A stretch of DNA of 64,000 nucleotides from a virus (Duplodnaviria; Caudoviricetes): positions 4,390 to 68,389 of IMG/VR virus record IMGVR_UViG_3300033073_001753; one strand, given 5' to 3'. Below the pieces are notes generated by a model. The model was given only the letters and a program-made list of their open reading frames with translations. It was not told where the DNA came from and ran no database searches. This document shows positions 8,905 to 19,982 of the stretch, piece by piece (position 1 is the stretch's first letter; every line of letters starts with the position of its first letter). A program made the position numbers and the translations under genes.

Positions 8905-9282
8905 ATGTCAAAAGAAATAAATATTGATGATATTTTTCAAAAAGATAAAAAAATAGAAAAAATAAAGAATTTTAGTAATATTTTAGACAGTATTGATTCC
9001 TTAGAAGACAAGAAAAAGCTTTTGTGGAAAGAAATATATGAAAATGCAATTGAGGATAGAGAAAAAGCTAAAATTCTATTTACGGATTGTTATCAGTCAA
9101 TGGCATTATCAACGTTGTCAGATCATATTGCTGCTGGTCAAATTATGGCAAAGTACATTGAAAGAATGTCTAAATCAAATGATCAAATTTTAAAACTTGC
9201 TGAACTTATTGCAAATGCACAAGCAAAAGATGAAGCTGTTAGTGATGATGATATATTTTTAAAAATATCACAAGGAAAATAA
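8905..9282 (+). CDS. Helical conserved phage protein, candidate small terminase subunit (gp16-like)
   Basis: 125 aa, two long helices (IYENAIEDREKA..LF; MAKYIERMSKSNDQILKLAELI) loosely resembling the gp16 oligomerisation hairpin. The function is inference only. Confidence 0.35.
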   Translation: MSKEINIDDIFQKDKKIEKIKNFSNILDSIDSLEDKKKLLWKEIYENAIEDREKAKILFTDCYQSMALSTLSDHIAAGQIMAKYIERMSKSNDQILKLAELIANAQAKDEAVSDDDIFLKISQGK

Positions 9283-11073
9283 ATGTTTATAAGAGCTAGA
9301 GTAATTGAAGTTATATCACATCCTTATATATTAAATGATTCAAATATTAATAAATTGATGCAAGACAAAGATCTTAAATTGACTAATAGTAAAAATATGA
9401 ATTTAATAAAAGATCTTCCTAGGAATTCTATTATTGCACAAATTATTAACGATAATTCTAGAGTAATTGCATTGCCTTTCTTTTCTTCGCATATAAGTTT
9501 ACCTTTAAAACCAGGTGAAAATGTCTGGTTATTTAAAGAAGAAATAGCTGATGGAGCAAATACCCAAGATGAAGTTGAATTTTTTTGGATGTCTAGAATT
9601 CATGGAATGAATTTTTATGAAGATTTAAATTTTACACATGATGATAGAAGATTTCTTAAGAAATATAGTGATAGAAGAGACGGAGAATTATCTCTAAAAA
9701 ATGAAATAAAAATGTTGGAAAATAATATTACTTTAAATAGTGATATTCCTGTTGCACAATTTAATGATGGGCCAATTTATAATACAACTACTGGAAAAAT
9801 TAAAGATCCTTCTAGCAGAACCGGTATTAATACAAAAAGTTTAAACATATCAGGAAAATATATATTAGAGGATGTTCCTCGTTATACAAAAAATCCAGGT
9901 GATTTTATAATTCAAGGCTCAAATAATACATTAATTAAATTAGGAAGTAATTTTGCAAATTCAGCAAATGAAATATTAAATACAGTAAATACACCATTTG
10001 CATATAATAATCCAAATAAATATTCAGGTACAATTGATATAGTTGCAGGAAGAGCAGCAATTTCAAAAGAATATTTAAATATTAGCGAGTTGAGAGGATA
10101 TAAATTAAATAATAGACAAATTTATGTCAATAAAGTTTCAACAAAAGCTTATAGAAATGGTTATTTGTCTGTTTTAAATGAAAAAAATGAATTTGAAAAT
10201 ATGAAAGATCCTAAATATTTTTTAGGAAATAATTCTGAAAATATTGGAGAAGGTGATCCAGACTTTTTTACAGATATTAGTAGAATTTATATATCTGAAA
10301 AATGTAATGGTGATCAATTATTAAATATAAAATCAATACAAAATGTAACCAATGCAACTATTCCTGTTAAAACTTCATTTCAATCTACTACTGATCGTGG
10401 TTATATAATTGCAAAATCAGATGAAATTAGAATTATTGCTCGAGGAAAAGTATTTAATGTAACAAATAATGGATCCTTTAATTTAAATGAAAATAGTATA
10501 TATCAAAATTCAGGTGGTTCAATTAGATTAATTAAAGAAGGAGACGATAATAGTACTTGTCATTTAATATTAGAACAACAAGGTAATGTATTATTAAATG
10601 GTCAAAAAATTGTTATTGGTGATGAAGCAAAAGTTAAAGAAAATGGAAAAGGTGAACAGGTATTTATAGGTCATGGTGCAAAAGAACCTTTAGTTTTAGG
10701 TTATTTTTTAAAAAATAAATTAGAAAATTTTATGAACGAAGTATGTAAGGCTTTGGTTTTAATTAGTAAAAATTTAGATGAAATAAATACTAATTTTAAT
10801 CAACATACTCATCCATATGCAGGTGTAGCAGGTAATACTGCGCCTACTCCTAATTTAATAACAAAATCATTAATTAGTCCAAATCCTTCATCTTCTATTG
10901 ATTATGAAAAAATAACAGAAATTGCATTAAATCAAGAAGAAGGTCAATATGGTCCTATAGAAGGAATAACAAATGATGTAGGAAGTGATACTATATCATC
11001 AAAAATTGATCAAATTATGAAAATAAAATCTGATTTGAATGAAATATTAAGCACATTAGGAAGAACTTTATGA
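9283..11073 (+). CDS. Baseplate central spike/hub protein (gp5/gpV-like, no lysozyme recognised)
   Basis: ALPFFSSHISLPLKPGENVWL (OB-fold LP..GE.V.L motif), GDFIIQGSNNTLIKLG beta-helix start, EPLVLG, HTH near the C-terminus; upstream of gp25/gp6. Confidence 0.7.
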   Translation: MFIRARVIEVISHPYILNDSNINKLMQDKDLKLTNSKNMNLIKDLPRNSIIAQIINDNSRVIALPFFSSHISLPLKPGENVWLFKEEIADGANTQDEVEFFWMSRIHGMNFYEDLNFTHDDRRFLKKYSDRRDGELSLKNEIKMLENNITLNSDIPVAQFNDGPIYNTTTGKIKDPSSRTGINTKSLNISGKYILEDVPRYTKNPGDFIIQGSNNTLIKLGSNFANSANEILNTVNTPFAYNNPNKYSGTIDIVAGRAAISKEYLNISELRGYKLNNRQIYVNKVSTKAYRNGYLSVLNEKNEFENMKDPKYFLGNNSENIGEGDPDFFTDISRIYISEKCNGDQLLNIKSIQNVTNATIPVKTSFQSTTDRGYIIAKSDEIRIIARGKVFNVTNNGSFNLNENSIYQNSGGSIRLIKEGDDNSTCHLILEQQGNVLLNGQKIVIGDEAKVKENGKGEQVFIGHGAKEPLVLGYFLKNKLENFMNEVCKALVLISKNLDEINTNFNQHTHPYAGVAGNTAPTPNLITKSLISPNPSSSIDYEKITEIALNQEEGQYGPIEGITNDVGSDTISSKIDQIMKIKSDLNEILSTLGRTL

Positions 11074-11738
11074 CATTATTTTTGGAAAAATATGATAAAA
11101 GTGAAGGAATTGTTCAAAAAGAAATATTACCTAGAATAATAAGTTTAAATTCTGACAATGTTATTAATGAAATAAAAGAAAATATATTTGAATCATATGC
11201 AAATTTAACAGGAGAATATTTAAAAAAAGTTATAATGAGTTTTGATATATTTAGTATGCCTCCTTCAAATGTAATAACTGATTTCCCAATTCAGTATCAA
11301 AAATCATTATTACAATTTAAATCAGATTTATTAAATTTAGATGAAATGTCATATTCAAATTTTTTAAGTAATTTATTTGATCTTTTTAACAATCCGAGTA
11401 GTGATTTTATATTAACTTTAATGTCAACTGCTATAAAAGTTGATGTAATTTCAAAATATTCATTTATTAATACAAATGAAGATATTAAAAAAATATTAAA
11501 GTATATAACTGAAAATACAAATATATTGTCTAGTGTAAATAATGATCAAATGAATTTAATAAATTCATATATTTCTTTTTTTATTATTAAATTTATTGCT
11601 TCACAATATATTTTAATGTTTACACCTCCTGCTCCTGCTCCTCCTATTGTATTACCTATTATAACTTCTGGAGTATTGACTACAGATTTAATTGCAAAAG
11701 AGTTAGAAGATAAAATTAAAAATATAATAAGTTCATAA
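11070..11738 (+). CDS. Hypothetical protein in the baseplate operon
   Basis: ATGA overlap with the spike gene; C-terminal PPAPAPP segment; no family recognised. Confidence 0.5.
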   Translation: MTLFLEKYDKSEGIVQKEILPRIISLNSDNVINEIKENIFESYANLTGEYLKKVIMSFDIFSMPPSNVITDFPIQYQKSLLQFKSDLLNLDEMSYSNFLSNLFDLFNNPSSDFILTLMSTAIKVDVISKYSFINTNEDIKKILKYITENTNILSSVNNDQMNLINSYISFFIIKFIASQYILMFTPPAPAPPIVLPIITSGVLTTDLIAKELEDKIKNIISS

Positions 11739-11793
11739 ATATTTTCTAATTAATAAATTTTAATAAATAATATATTATTAAAACGAGAAAAGC

Positions 11794-12288
11794 ATGTCAA
11801 TTACAAGTAAATATAGTTTTAAATCAGGTGGAAATAATATTGAAGAAAAAAGAAAGATATTTTCTCAGGAAAGATCTGTTACGACAGAATTTAAACCTAT
11901 TGGAATAAAAACTCCATTAACATTGTCAAATTCTGATGATATTTTTGTTATGAATTATTCATTATTTACACAATTAGAAGACAATTTTCGAAATTTAATA
12001 ATGACAAATGCAGGTGAAAGATTATGTTTTCCAACATTTGGAACAAATTTAAAATCTATTTTAACAAAAACAAATATTGATAATCCTCAAGATTTAGCAA
12101 TGGAAGAAATTCAAAGAGTAGTATCTAGATATATGCCTTATATTACTTTAAATACTTTTACTAGTTTTGTCGATGAAGAAGAAAGTAAAAAAGGAAATCC
12201 TGTAATAAAATTGAATATTGGATTTACAGTACCAACATTGTCAGAAGAACAAAGATTAATAACAATAAAATTAGGAATGACAAATTAA
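11794..12288 (+). CDS. Baseplate wedge subunit, gp25-like
   Basis: PIGIKTPL...NFRNLIMTNAGERLCFPTFGTNL...EIQRVVSRYMPYI is the gp25/GPW family signature. Confidence 0.9.
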   Translation: MSITSKYSFKSGGNNIEEKRKIFSQERSVTTEFKPIGIKTPLTLSNSDDIFVMNYSLFTQLEDNFRNLIMTNAGERLCFPTFGTNLKSILTKTNIDNPQDLAMEEIQRVVSRYMPYITLNTFTSFVDEEESKKGNPVIKLNIGFTVPTLSEEQRLITIKLGMTN

Positions 12289-12289
12289 A

Positions 12290-14146
12290 ATGGCGAATTA
12301 TAATATACAAAATGATGTTCAATCTAGAATTTCATATGAAAGATTAAAAAATAAGAATTATCTATTAAAAAGCTTTGAAGACTTTCGTACTGAACTTCTT
12401 CAATATGCTGTAACTTATTTTCCTGACAAAATGAATGATTTTAGTGAGACTTCTATCGGAGGTATGTTATTAGATTTTGCAGCTATTGTAGGTGATAGTT
12501 TATCATATTATATGGATCATCAATTTAATGAATTAGATCCTTCAAAAGCTACTGAAAATGAGAACATATTACGTCATATTAGAAGATCAGGTGTAAAATC
12601 TTCTCCTCCTTCTCCTTCTACTGTTGTAGGTGAATTTTCAATAAGAGTAAATGTCGATAATCAAACAGGAGAACCATTAATTAGACAATTGCCAAAATTT
12701 ACAAAAGGTTTACAATTAACTTCTAATTCTGGTATTAACTTTACATTATATGAAGATTTAGATTTTCTTGATGGAATTTATACACGTAAATTTTTAAATA
12801 GAAATGGTGGTTATTATATCTTAACTAAAGAAGGTTTATGTGTATCAGGAAATAAATCAGTTGAAACATTTTCTTTTGGATCAACTACTCAACAATTTCC
12901 AATTATATCATTATCAAATAATAATATTACACAGATAGAAAGAGTAGTCGATTCTGAAGGTAATGAATATTATGAAGTTGATTATTTATCACAGGATACA
13001 ATTTATAAATCTATAAAGAATAATAATGGTGAAAATTATTATGAAATTTTACCTGCACCTTATCGTTTTGTAAGAGAAGATAATTTATTGACAGGACAAA
13101 CAATATTAAGATTTGGTAGTGCATCAAAACAGGATTTACAAAATAATATATTAGTTGATCCAACATCTGCTGCAATATCTTTATATGGAAGAGAATATTT
13201 TTCAAAAATTTCATTTGATCCTGCATCACTATTAAAAACAAATAGTTTAGGAATATCTCCAAAAAATACTACAATTACAGTGACTTATAAATTCGGCGGC
13301 GGAATAAATCATAATATTTCTGCATATTCTTTAGAAAATGTAATATTGACATCAAATATTTTATTTGATCAAAATGCTTCAAATGCCGATATTGAAATTG
13401 TTTCGCGAAATATTTCAGTTCAAAATTCTAAGGCAGCTACAGGTGGTACTGATGGATTGACATTTGCACAGTTGCAAGAAAATATTCCTAATATGGTAAA
13501 AATGCAAAATAGAATTGTAAATTATCAAGATTTATTAGGAAGATTATACTCAATGCCGGCTCCTTTAGGAAGAATTGCAAAGGCTTCAATTGTTAATGAT
13601 GAATATGATATTTTTAATAAAAATTTATATGTTTTATGTTATGACAATGAAAAATATTTAACATATGCAACAGATTCTCTTAAAAAAAATATATCAACAT
13701 ATATTAATGAATATAGATTAATAGGTGATTCATTTAGAATTATGGATGCAATAATTTTAAACTTTGGTATTAATTTAAAAATTCGAATAAAAGAAGGAGA
13801 AGATCCTGATATTATTAAAAATAATGTGATACAACGAATTATAACTTTTTCAAAATTTAGATTATATCAAATTGGTCAACCTATAATTTTAGATGATTTA
13901 TATAATATTGTAATTAATACACCAGGTGTATATTCTATTGCTTCTAATAAAAAAGATTTTATATACTCAATATCTGGGAATAAAAATCCACCAATTGGTG
14001 CAACAAGAATTAATCAATTAATATATTCAAATAATACATTCAATTCAATTATATTAAATACAAAAGATATTTTATATCCTCCTACAGGTGCTATTTTTGA
14101 ACTAAAATATCCTGAGTACAATATTAATATTTATATCGTTAAATAA
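12290..14146 (+). CDS. Baseplate wedge subunit, gp6/baseplate J-like
   Basis: KSFEDFRTELLQYA...DFSETSIGGMLLDFAAIVGDSLSYYMDHQFNE; LRFG; YKFGGG..HN; ATGGTDG; QNRIVNYQD; directly after gp25. Confidence 0.9.
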   Translation: MANYNIQNDVQSRISYERLKNKNYLLKSFEDFRTELLQYAVTYFPDKMNDFSETSIGGMLLDFAAIVGDSLSYYMDHQFNELDPSKATENENILRHIRRSGVKSSPPSPSTVVGEFSIRVNVDNQTGEPLIRQLPKFTKGLQLTSNSGINFTLYEDLDFLDGIYTRKFLNRNGGYYILTKEGLCVSGNKSVETFSFGSTTQQFPIISLSNNNITQIERVVDSEGNEYYEVDYLSQDTIYKSIKNNNGENYYEILPAPYRFVREDNLLTGQTILRFGSASKQDLQNNILVDPTSAAISLYGREYFSKISFDPASLLKTNSLGISPKNTTITVTYKFGGGINHNISAYSLENVILTSNILFDQNASNADIEIVSRNISVQNSKAATGGTDGLTFAQLQENIPNMVKMQNRIVNYQDLLGRLYSMPAPLGRIAKASIVNDEYDIFNKNLYVLCYDNEKYLTYATDSLKKNISTYINEYRLIGDSFRIMDAIILNFGINLKIRIKEGEDPDIIKNNVIQRIITFSKFRLYQIGQPIILDDLYNIVINTPGVYSIASNKKDFIYSISGNKNPPIGATRINQLIYSNNTFNSIILNTKDILYPPTGAIFELKYPEYNINIYIVK

Positions 14147-14197
14147 CTTTAAAATAATTTATAATTAAATTCTAATAAAGATTTTGGATTTAGAACA

Positions 14198-16156
14198 ATG
14201 TATATCATTTATCCTTGCAAAAAAGACACATATATTACAAATAGATCATATTTAAATATTGATGGTAAATATGCAAATTTTGGAAGATCTTCTACTATAG
14301 ATTTATATAAAATTTATAATGAGAATTCTCAAACAAAACAACAAGCAATATTAAAACTCGTAGACTTGCCTGAAGATCAGTCAAAATTTAAAATCAAAAA
14401 TTATTTAGACGTTGAATATATTTTTAAATTTGATACTAATATATCACCTGAAGATAGTGGTCAAATTATTAATAATAATATTATAATAGGAATACAAGGA
14501 TTACAAGAGATAGTAGACATTGTTGATGTAATTAAAAATACAATTAATACTCCTTATAGAAATATTATAGTAGATGCGCATTCATCAGGTTTAATCGGCA
14601 TAACACAGGATAAATCAGGTTTTACGAAAGAAGTAAATATTGAAATTAATATAACAAATGAAATAACAAATCTAGAATTAATTCAGGATTTCGCTAGGGT
14701 AGAACAATCGATAGGTTTACTTTATTTTGATTTAGAAAAAGATAATGAATATTTTAGTTATGATGTTGTTAAAGATAATATTCAAATTGATTTATCATTA
14801 AAAGATGTCACATCAGGTGTATCAAAACCTCGTGAATATGAGTTGTTAGTTTTACCATTGAATAAAGAATTTAATGAAGGATTAGGTAGAGATGTATATA
14901 ATCTAAAAGATATTGATTCTGCAAATTATATTTTATCAAATTATAATGGTCAAATAAATCAAAAGTATTATTGGGAAACAAGTGGCAGTTTAGGTTTAAT
15001 ACAAAAAAGTGGATCGATCGAAAATACTGATCTTATAACTCATTGGAATAATTATAATTTTTTAAATTGTAAACAAACTTTTCTAGAATCCGAGAATTTG
15101 AATATTAATGTAACTAATATATATGATTCATATTGGGATGATATAAATTCTATTAATAATAATGGATTAGCAATATTATTTTCTAGCCAAAGTTTATATG
15201 ATGATGAAACATATTTTGCAAAAAGATTTGCTTCTAGTCATGCTAGAAATTTGACAATAAGACCTTCATTGAATATATTAATTGATGATTCTTCATATTA
15301 TATTAATCAAAATCTAGATTATTATTTCAATATTGAAAATTCATCTATTCTATACAACAAATTAGGTAATAAATTAACAAATATCAAAAAGTTAGGAAAT
15401 AATAACCAATTAGTTGATATCATTGATGAAGATTTAATATTAAAAATAACATCATTAAATACTTATATGTCAGATCCAGGTGTACCTGCAAATCCAAGTG
15501 CTAATCCTCCTGTCATTGCAGTTGACCCAACATATTCTCCGGTATATCAGGATGAATTTCCAGTGTATCAATTAAAAGATATTAAGAATAATTCTATACA
15601 AGGTAATTATTATTCGAAATGGACAATAAATTATTTTCTTTATGAAGAATTATTATCTTTACTTGAAACAAATTCTTCATTAGAATTTAAATTCGAGTGG
15701 AAATTAAATGATATATTAATATATACTGAAAATAAAAAGATATATAATTCTATAAAAGAATCATCTAACTCATTTAAAAGATTAAGATCTTCAATTAAAT
15801 TATATTCTCCTGATTTATCAATTACTGATACTGTACATAAAATGAATGTAACTTTTTATGATCTAGATGCACAACATGATTCAGTAAAAACTCCATTTTC
15901 TTTAGTAGGATTAGACGTAGGAGATATTTTTTATGAAGTAATTGATTATGATACTCGTGAAGTATTAATTCCTTTGACAAAAACAAAAAATGCAACAAAA
16001 TGTTTAAAAGAAAAAGATTTTTATTGGTTTCCTTATTTTAATTCAAGCATTTTTAAAGGAAGAAGAATACAATTTATTTTCAAATCAGATCAATTTGAAT
16101 TTAATAATTTATCAATAAATGCAAATGAGATATTTAAGGTAGGAAACAATGGTTAA
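14198..16156 (+). CDS. Baseplate-associated structural protein
   Basis: Long ORF starting MYIIYPCKKDTYI...NFG, followed by NNGLAILF and FASSHARNLTIRPSLNI; position after gp6; family not certain. Confidence 0.5.
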   Translation: MYIIYPCKKDTYITNRSYLNIDGKYANFGRSSTIDLYKIYNENSQTKQQAILKLVDLPEDQSKFKIKNYLDVEYIFKFDTNISPEDSGQIINNNIIIGIQGLQEIVDIVDVIKNTINTPYRNIIVDAHSSGLIGITQDKSGFTKEVNIEINITNEITNLELIQDFARVEQSIGLLYFDLEKDNEYFSYDVVKDNIQIDLSLKDVTSGVSKPREYELLVLPLNKEFNEGLGRDVYNLKDIDSANYILSNYNGQINQKYYWETSGSLGLIQKSGSIENTDLITHWNNYNFLNCKQTFLESENLNINVTNIYDSYWDDINSINNNGLAILFSSQSLYDDETYFAKRFASSHARNLTIRPSLNILIDDSSYYINQNLDYYFNIENSSILYNKLGNKLTNIKKLGNNNQLVDIIDEDLILKITSLNTYMSDPGVPANPSANPPVIAVDPTYSPVYQDEFPVYQLKDIKNNSIQGNYYSKWTINYFLYEELLSLLETNSSLEFKFEWKLNDILIYTENKKIYNSIKESSNSFKRLRSSIKLYSPDLSITDTVHKMNVTFYDLDAQHDSVKTPFSLVGLDVGDIFYEVIDYDTREVLIPLTKTKNATKCLKEKDFYWFPYFNSSIFKGRRIQFIFKSDQFEFNNLSINANEIFKVGNNG

Positions 16157-19100
16157 TTCTTATAATTCAAATAGTTTTTATTTCGATAAAAAGAAATATA
16201 TTAATAAAAATAACCGTAGTAATGGTAACAATGTTAATCTTTCAAATGAAGGAATCATTGCAAAAGAAGAAAGTGAATATTTTTTTCAAAATAATGATAG
16301 ATTTGACACATATAAAGGATTATTTAATACACAACAACTGATAGGTTCAATTGATTTTGATAGATTTGAAAATCATTGTTTTTTCGATTCTGCAGTTTCT
16401 AAAACTGAATATTCTTTTAATCAAATTTATGATAAATTTCCTATTGATGGATCAAAACAAGAAGTACAAGACTTTTTAAACAATATTGATGGTTTTACAA
16501 GAAATATTTATAATCAAATTGAAAAGAACATAGGTTATTTAAAATTTAATAATTCTTATATTTCTGTTAAAAATGAATCAGGTTATTTATTTTCTTTTCA
16601 AAGAAATGAAAAAATTAATTCAAAATTAACAAATTCATTTTTAAGTCCAAAAAATAATTCTTTTTCATTTGATTTTAGATGTTTTATTAATGATTCAGTT
16701 AATACAAATCAGGTTATATTTCAATATTTAAATACAAACTTACAAAATGGATTAACTTGTTGGATAAAAAATATTTTTTCAATAGGACAAAGAAAATATG
16801 CAAATATATGTTTTTCATTAACAAATAATGATCAATCAGTCAAAAATTTTATTTTATGTAAGTTTTTTGTTGAAATAAATAAATGGAATCATATTATAAT
16901 TTCTATAAAAAAAGACAATAAATCTTCAAAAGAAATTGATGTTATCTTAAATGAGAAAGTTATATCTTTTGAAGATTTATTACCTACAACTACTATAGAA
17001 AATTTAAAAAATTATAAAATAGAGTCATTTGAATATCAAAAAGATATTAATATCGAAGATTCAATATATTTTAATATAGGAAAAGGCCAAAATCATTTAA
17101 ATACAAGATATAGTTATTTTAATTTAAATTCAGTAAATAATTATAATGGTTACTTGGATGAATTTAGATATTTCCATTGTTCTTTAGATAAAAATTTTTC
17201 AATCAAATATAAAGACCAAAACATTTTTGAAATAGAAAATTTAAAATTATATTTTAAATTTAATGAGCCTGATGGATTATATCAAAATAATTCGATTGTA
17301 TTTGATCATTCAGGATATTCATTACACTCTAGGATTAATTTAAATAATTCTAATATCGTTGGAAATGATTTTCGAAATCAAATATCTTTATTAAGACAAA
17401 AATCAATAGGAAATTCTTCTTTAAAATATGAAAATATCGATTTAAATCCTGTATTAATTCCTTCATATCAAAGACACATAGATTTAAATAAAAGTATTTT
17501 AGAAGAAGCACAAAATTATGATAGAGCAAATCCAAATTTAATTTTTAAATTAATTCCTAAGCATTATTTATTACAAAGTGCTGACCAAGATGGTTATATT
17601 GAAGATTATAGAAATTATAATTCACAAACCTATAATAATGATTCATATACTAATGATTTAGAAAATTTCCCAGGTCAACAAAAGGCAGAAGCTTCACAAA
17701 CATTTGCAAATATTTTAATAGTTTGGGCTCGTTTCTTTGATCAATTAAAATTATATTTGCAAATACTTCCAAAAATGATAGAAATCGATTATAGTGATAT
17801 TAATAAAAATTCAATTGTAAATTTCTTTATTCCTTTAATGTCAAAATTAAATGGATTTGAATTTAAAGAAATATTAAATAGTCCTATAGGTAAATTATTA
17901 GATGGATATATATCTGGAAAAGATCCAGAAGAAAAAAGTAATTTAACATTAAGATATATACAAAATGAAATTTGGAAAAGGGTTTTAATTAATTCAAATG
18001 ACATTATTACATCAAAAGGTACAATTGCATCAATAAGATCAATATTCAATTCAGTAGGTATTATTCCAGAAGAATATTATCGTTTTAGAGAATATAGACG
18101 TATTAAAAATAAATTTATTGATGATTCATATATCAGTAAAAATAAAAATATAAACTACTTAAATTTTTATAATAGAGATTTTTCAAATTATATTAATAAT
18201 TCTACAAATTTATATCATGAATATTATTATAACAAAAACAAATTAATGATTAATCAACCTAATTTTAATTTTCAAAACTATATAGTTGATAATACAATAA
18301 ATTTCAATAATATTTGTATTGAATTTTTACTTTCATATTCAAATTTGGTAATAAATAATGATAATATATTGATAGAATCTATTTTAAAATTTGAAAATCC
18401 TACTGAAGAATTTAATCCTGTCAAATTTGAACTAATTTTTGTCAAAGAATCAACATATTCAACAAAAGGAAATTTATATTTATTTGTTAGATCAAACGAT
18501 GATTATTCTCAAATTAATTTTGATATTGACAACTTACAAAATTATCCATGTCTACGTAATGTTGAATTATTGGATGGTAGTCAATGGCACTTTAATATTC
18601 AATTTTTAAAAAATATTCCAACTGTAAATGAAAAAAATGAAATTATTTTAACAGTTCAAAGAGCAGGAAATGTTAATAAATTTGATTCGAAAAAACAAAT
18701 TAAATTTGTGATGGATATTAATAATATAATTCAATCTTCAACAGATATTTTTGATAATGAAAATTTACGAATAACATTCGGTTCTCGTAAATCAATAGAT
18801 GAGATTCAAAATTCAGGATTTAGAGCAGGTACATTATTTCCTGAGATATCTCCGTTTTCTGACAATGTATTAATTAATAATTTTTCAAATATTATTAATA
18901 ATGATGATCTTTTTGAAAATTATATAAACTTTAATGGTAATATTTCAAATATTAAAATATGGAAAAAATTATCTGAATTTTCTAATTCTGAATTAGATGC
19001 ACATGCATTAAATCCCTCATCCATTTATCTGGAAGAATTAATATATTCAACAAAAAATTTAAAAAAAATATCTGACTTTTTATTATTAAATGTTTCATGT

Positions 19101-19949
19101 CAACATTTATTACAAGATTATGAAACATTTAATAATAATTCAGATGACATAAAATCAACATTTATAAAATTAATTGATTATAGTCAAAATTTAAATCTAA
19201 ATTTATCAAACTCACAATATAAAGAATTTATTGATTATGGTTTATTAACAACTTCAAATGAAAATATTGTTTTTGAAGATTTAATTAATACAATATCTTC
19301 CGGCAAATCATTAAATATTCATGAATTTGACATTAAATTTGACGAGTTAAATGAATCAAATAAAGTTTCAATTGGAGGTTATTTTAATGAAGAATTGTCA
19401 AACAAAGAGAATGTTGAAATAGCACCAGTTCATTATGTTAATCAAAACTTTAGAGTTAAAAATAATAATAAATTTTCAATTGAAATGTCGAATGTAAAGC
19501 ATCTAAATGAAGATATATCAATATTGATATCTAATTTAGATTATTTTTCAAATTTATTAACAGATTTTGCAAATCTTAATGAAATTAAATACATTGATCT
19601 AGAAAATATTCAAAATTTATATTTTCAAAGAATAACATCAACAAAATTAAAAATGACACCATTGTATGAAATATATCAGATTTTTGATAATATATTAACT
19701 GAAATGCTGACAGAATTTATAGCCAGTCGTGTTAATTTTTATAATAATATTTATGTAATTGAATCACATGCTTTAGAAAGACATAAATTTAATTACAAAT
19801 ATTCTGAATCGCAAAATGTTATAAAAGGAAATTATTATTATGATTCTTCATTCTCGAATAGTAATTCTTTTATATACAGTAAGAATAATAGTATTAGATC
19901 AATTAATTACTTAAATAAGGAAGGCAGAATTTATCGGGAACATCATTAA
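16149..19949 (+). CDS. Large baseplate/tail protein with LamG-like domains and a gp7/gpI-like segment
   Basis: FSFDFRCFI...WNHIIISI...FNIG...GYLDEFRYF...LKLYFKFNE...DHSG (LamG-like); EIWKRVLIN...SKGTIASIRSIF (gp7/P2 gpI-like K-G-T motif). Confidence 0.6.
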   Translation: MVNSYNSNSFYFDKKKYINKNNRSNGNNVNLSNEGIIAKEESEYFFQNNDRFDTYKGLFNTQQLIGSIDFDRFENHCFFDSAVSKTEYSFNQIYDKFPIDGSKQEVQDFLNNIDGFTRNIYNQIEKNIGYLKFNNSYISVKNESGYLFSFQRNEKINSKLTNSFLSPKNNSFSFDFRCFINDSVNTNQVIFQYLNTNLQNGLTCWIKNIFSIGQRKYANICFSLTNNDQSVKNFILCKFFVEINKWNHIIISIKKDNKSSKEIDVILNEKVISFEDLLPTTTIENLKNYKIESFEYQKDINIEDSIYFNIGKGQNHLNTRYSYFNLNSVNNYNGYLDEFRYFHCSLDKNFSIKYKDQNIFEIENLKLYFKFNEPDGLYQNNSIVFDHSGYSLHSRINLNNSNIVGNDFRNQISLLRQKSIGNSSLKYENIDLNPVLIPSYQRHIDLNKSILEEAQNYDRANPNLIFKLIPKHYLLQSADQDGYIEDYRNYNSQTYNNDSYTNDLENFPGQQKAEASQTFANILIVWARFFDQLKLYLQILPKMIEIDYSDINKNSIVNFFIPLMSKLNGFEFKEILNSPIGKLLDGYISGKDPEEKSNLTLRYIQNEIWKRVLINSNDIITSKGTIASIRSIFNSVGIIPEEYYRFREYRRIKNKFIDDSYISKNKNINYLNFYNRDFSNYINNSTNLYHEYYYNKNKLMINQPNFNFQNYIVDNTINFNNICIEFLLSYSNLVINNDNILIESILKFENPTEEFNPVKFELIFVKESTYSTKGNLYLFVRSNDDYSQINFDIDNLQNYPCLRNVELLDGSQWHFNIQFLKNIPTVNEKNEIILTVQRAGNVNKFDSKKQIKFVMDINNIIQSSTDIFDNENLRITFGSRKSIDEIQNSGFRAGTLFPEISPFSDNVLINNFSNIINNDDLFENYINFNGNISNIKIWKKLSEFSNSELDAHALNPSSIYLEELIYSTKNLKKISDFLLLNVSCQHLLQDYETFNNNSDDIKSTFIKLIDYSQNLNLNLSNSQYKEFIDYGLLTTSNENIVFEDLINTISSGKSLNIHEFDIKFDELNESNKVSIGGYFNEELSNKENVEIAPVHYVNQNFRVKNNNKFSIEMSNVKHLNEDISILISNLDYFSNLLTDFANLNEIKYIDLENIQNLYFQRITSTKLKMTPLYEIYQIFDNILTEMLTEFIASRVNFYNNIYVIESHALERHKFNYKYSESQNVIKGNYYYDSSFSNSNSFIYSKNNSIRSINYLNKEGRIYREHH

Positions 19950-19982
19950 GATTATAATTAAAATTAATTATAAGGTATTTTA

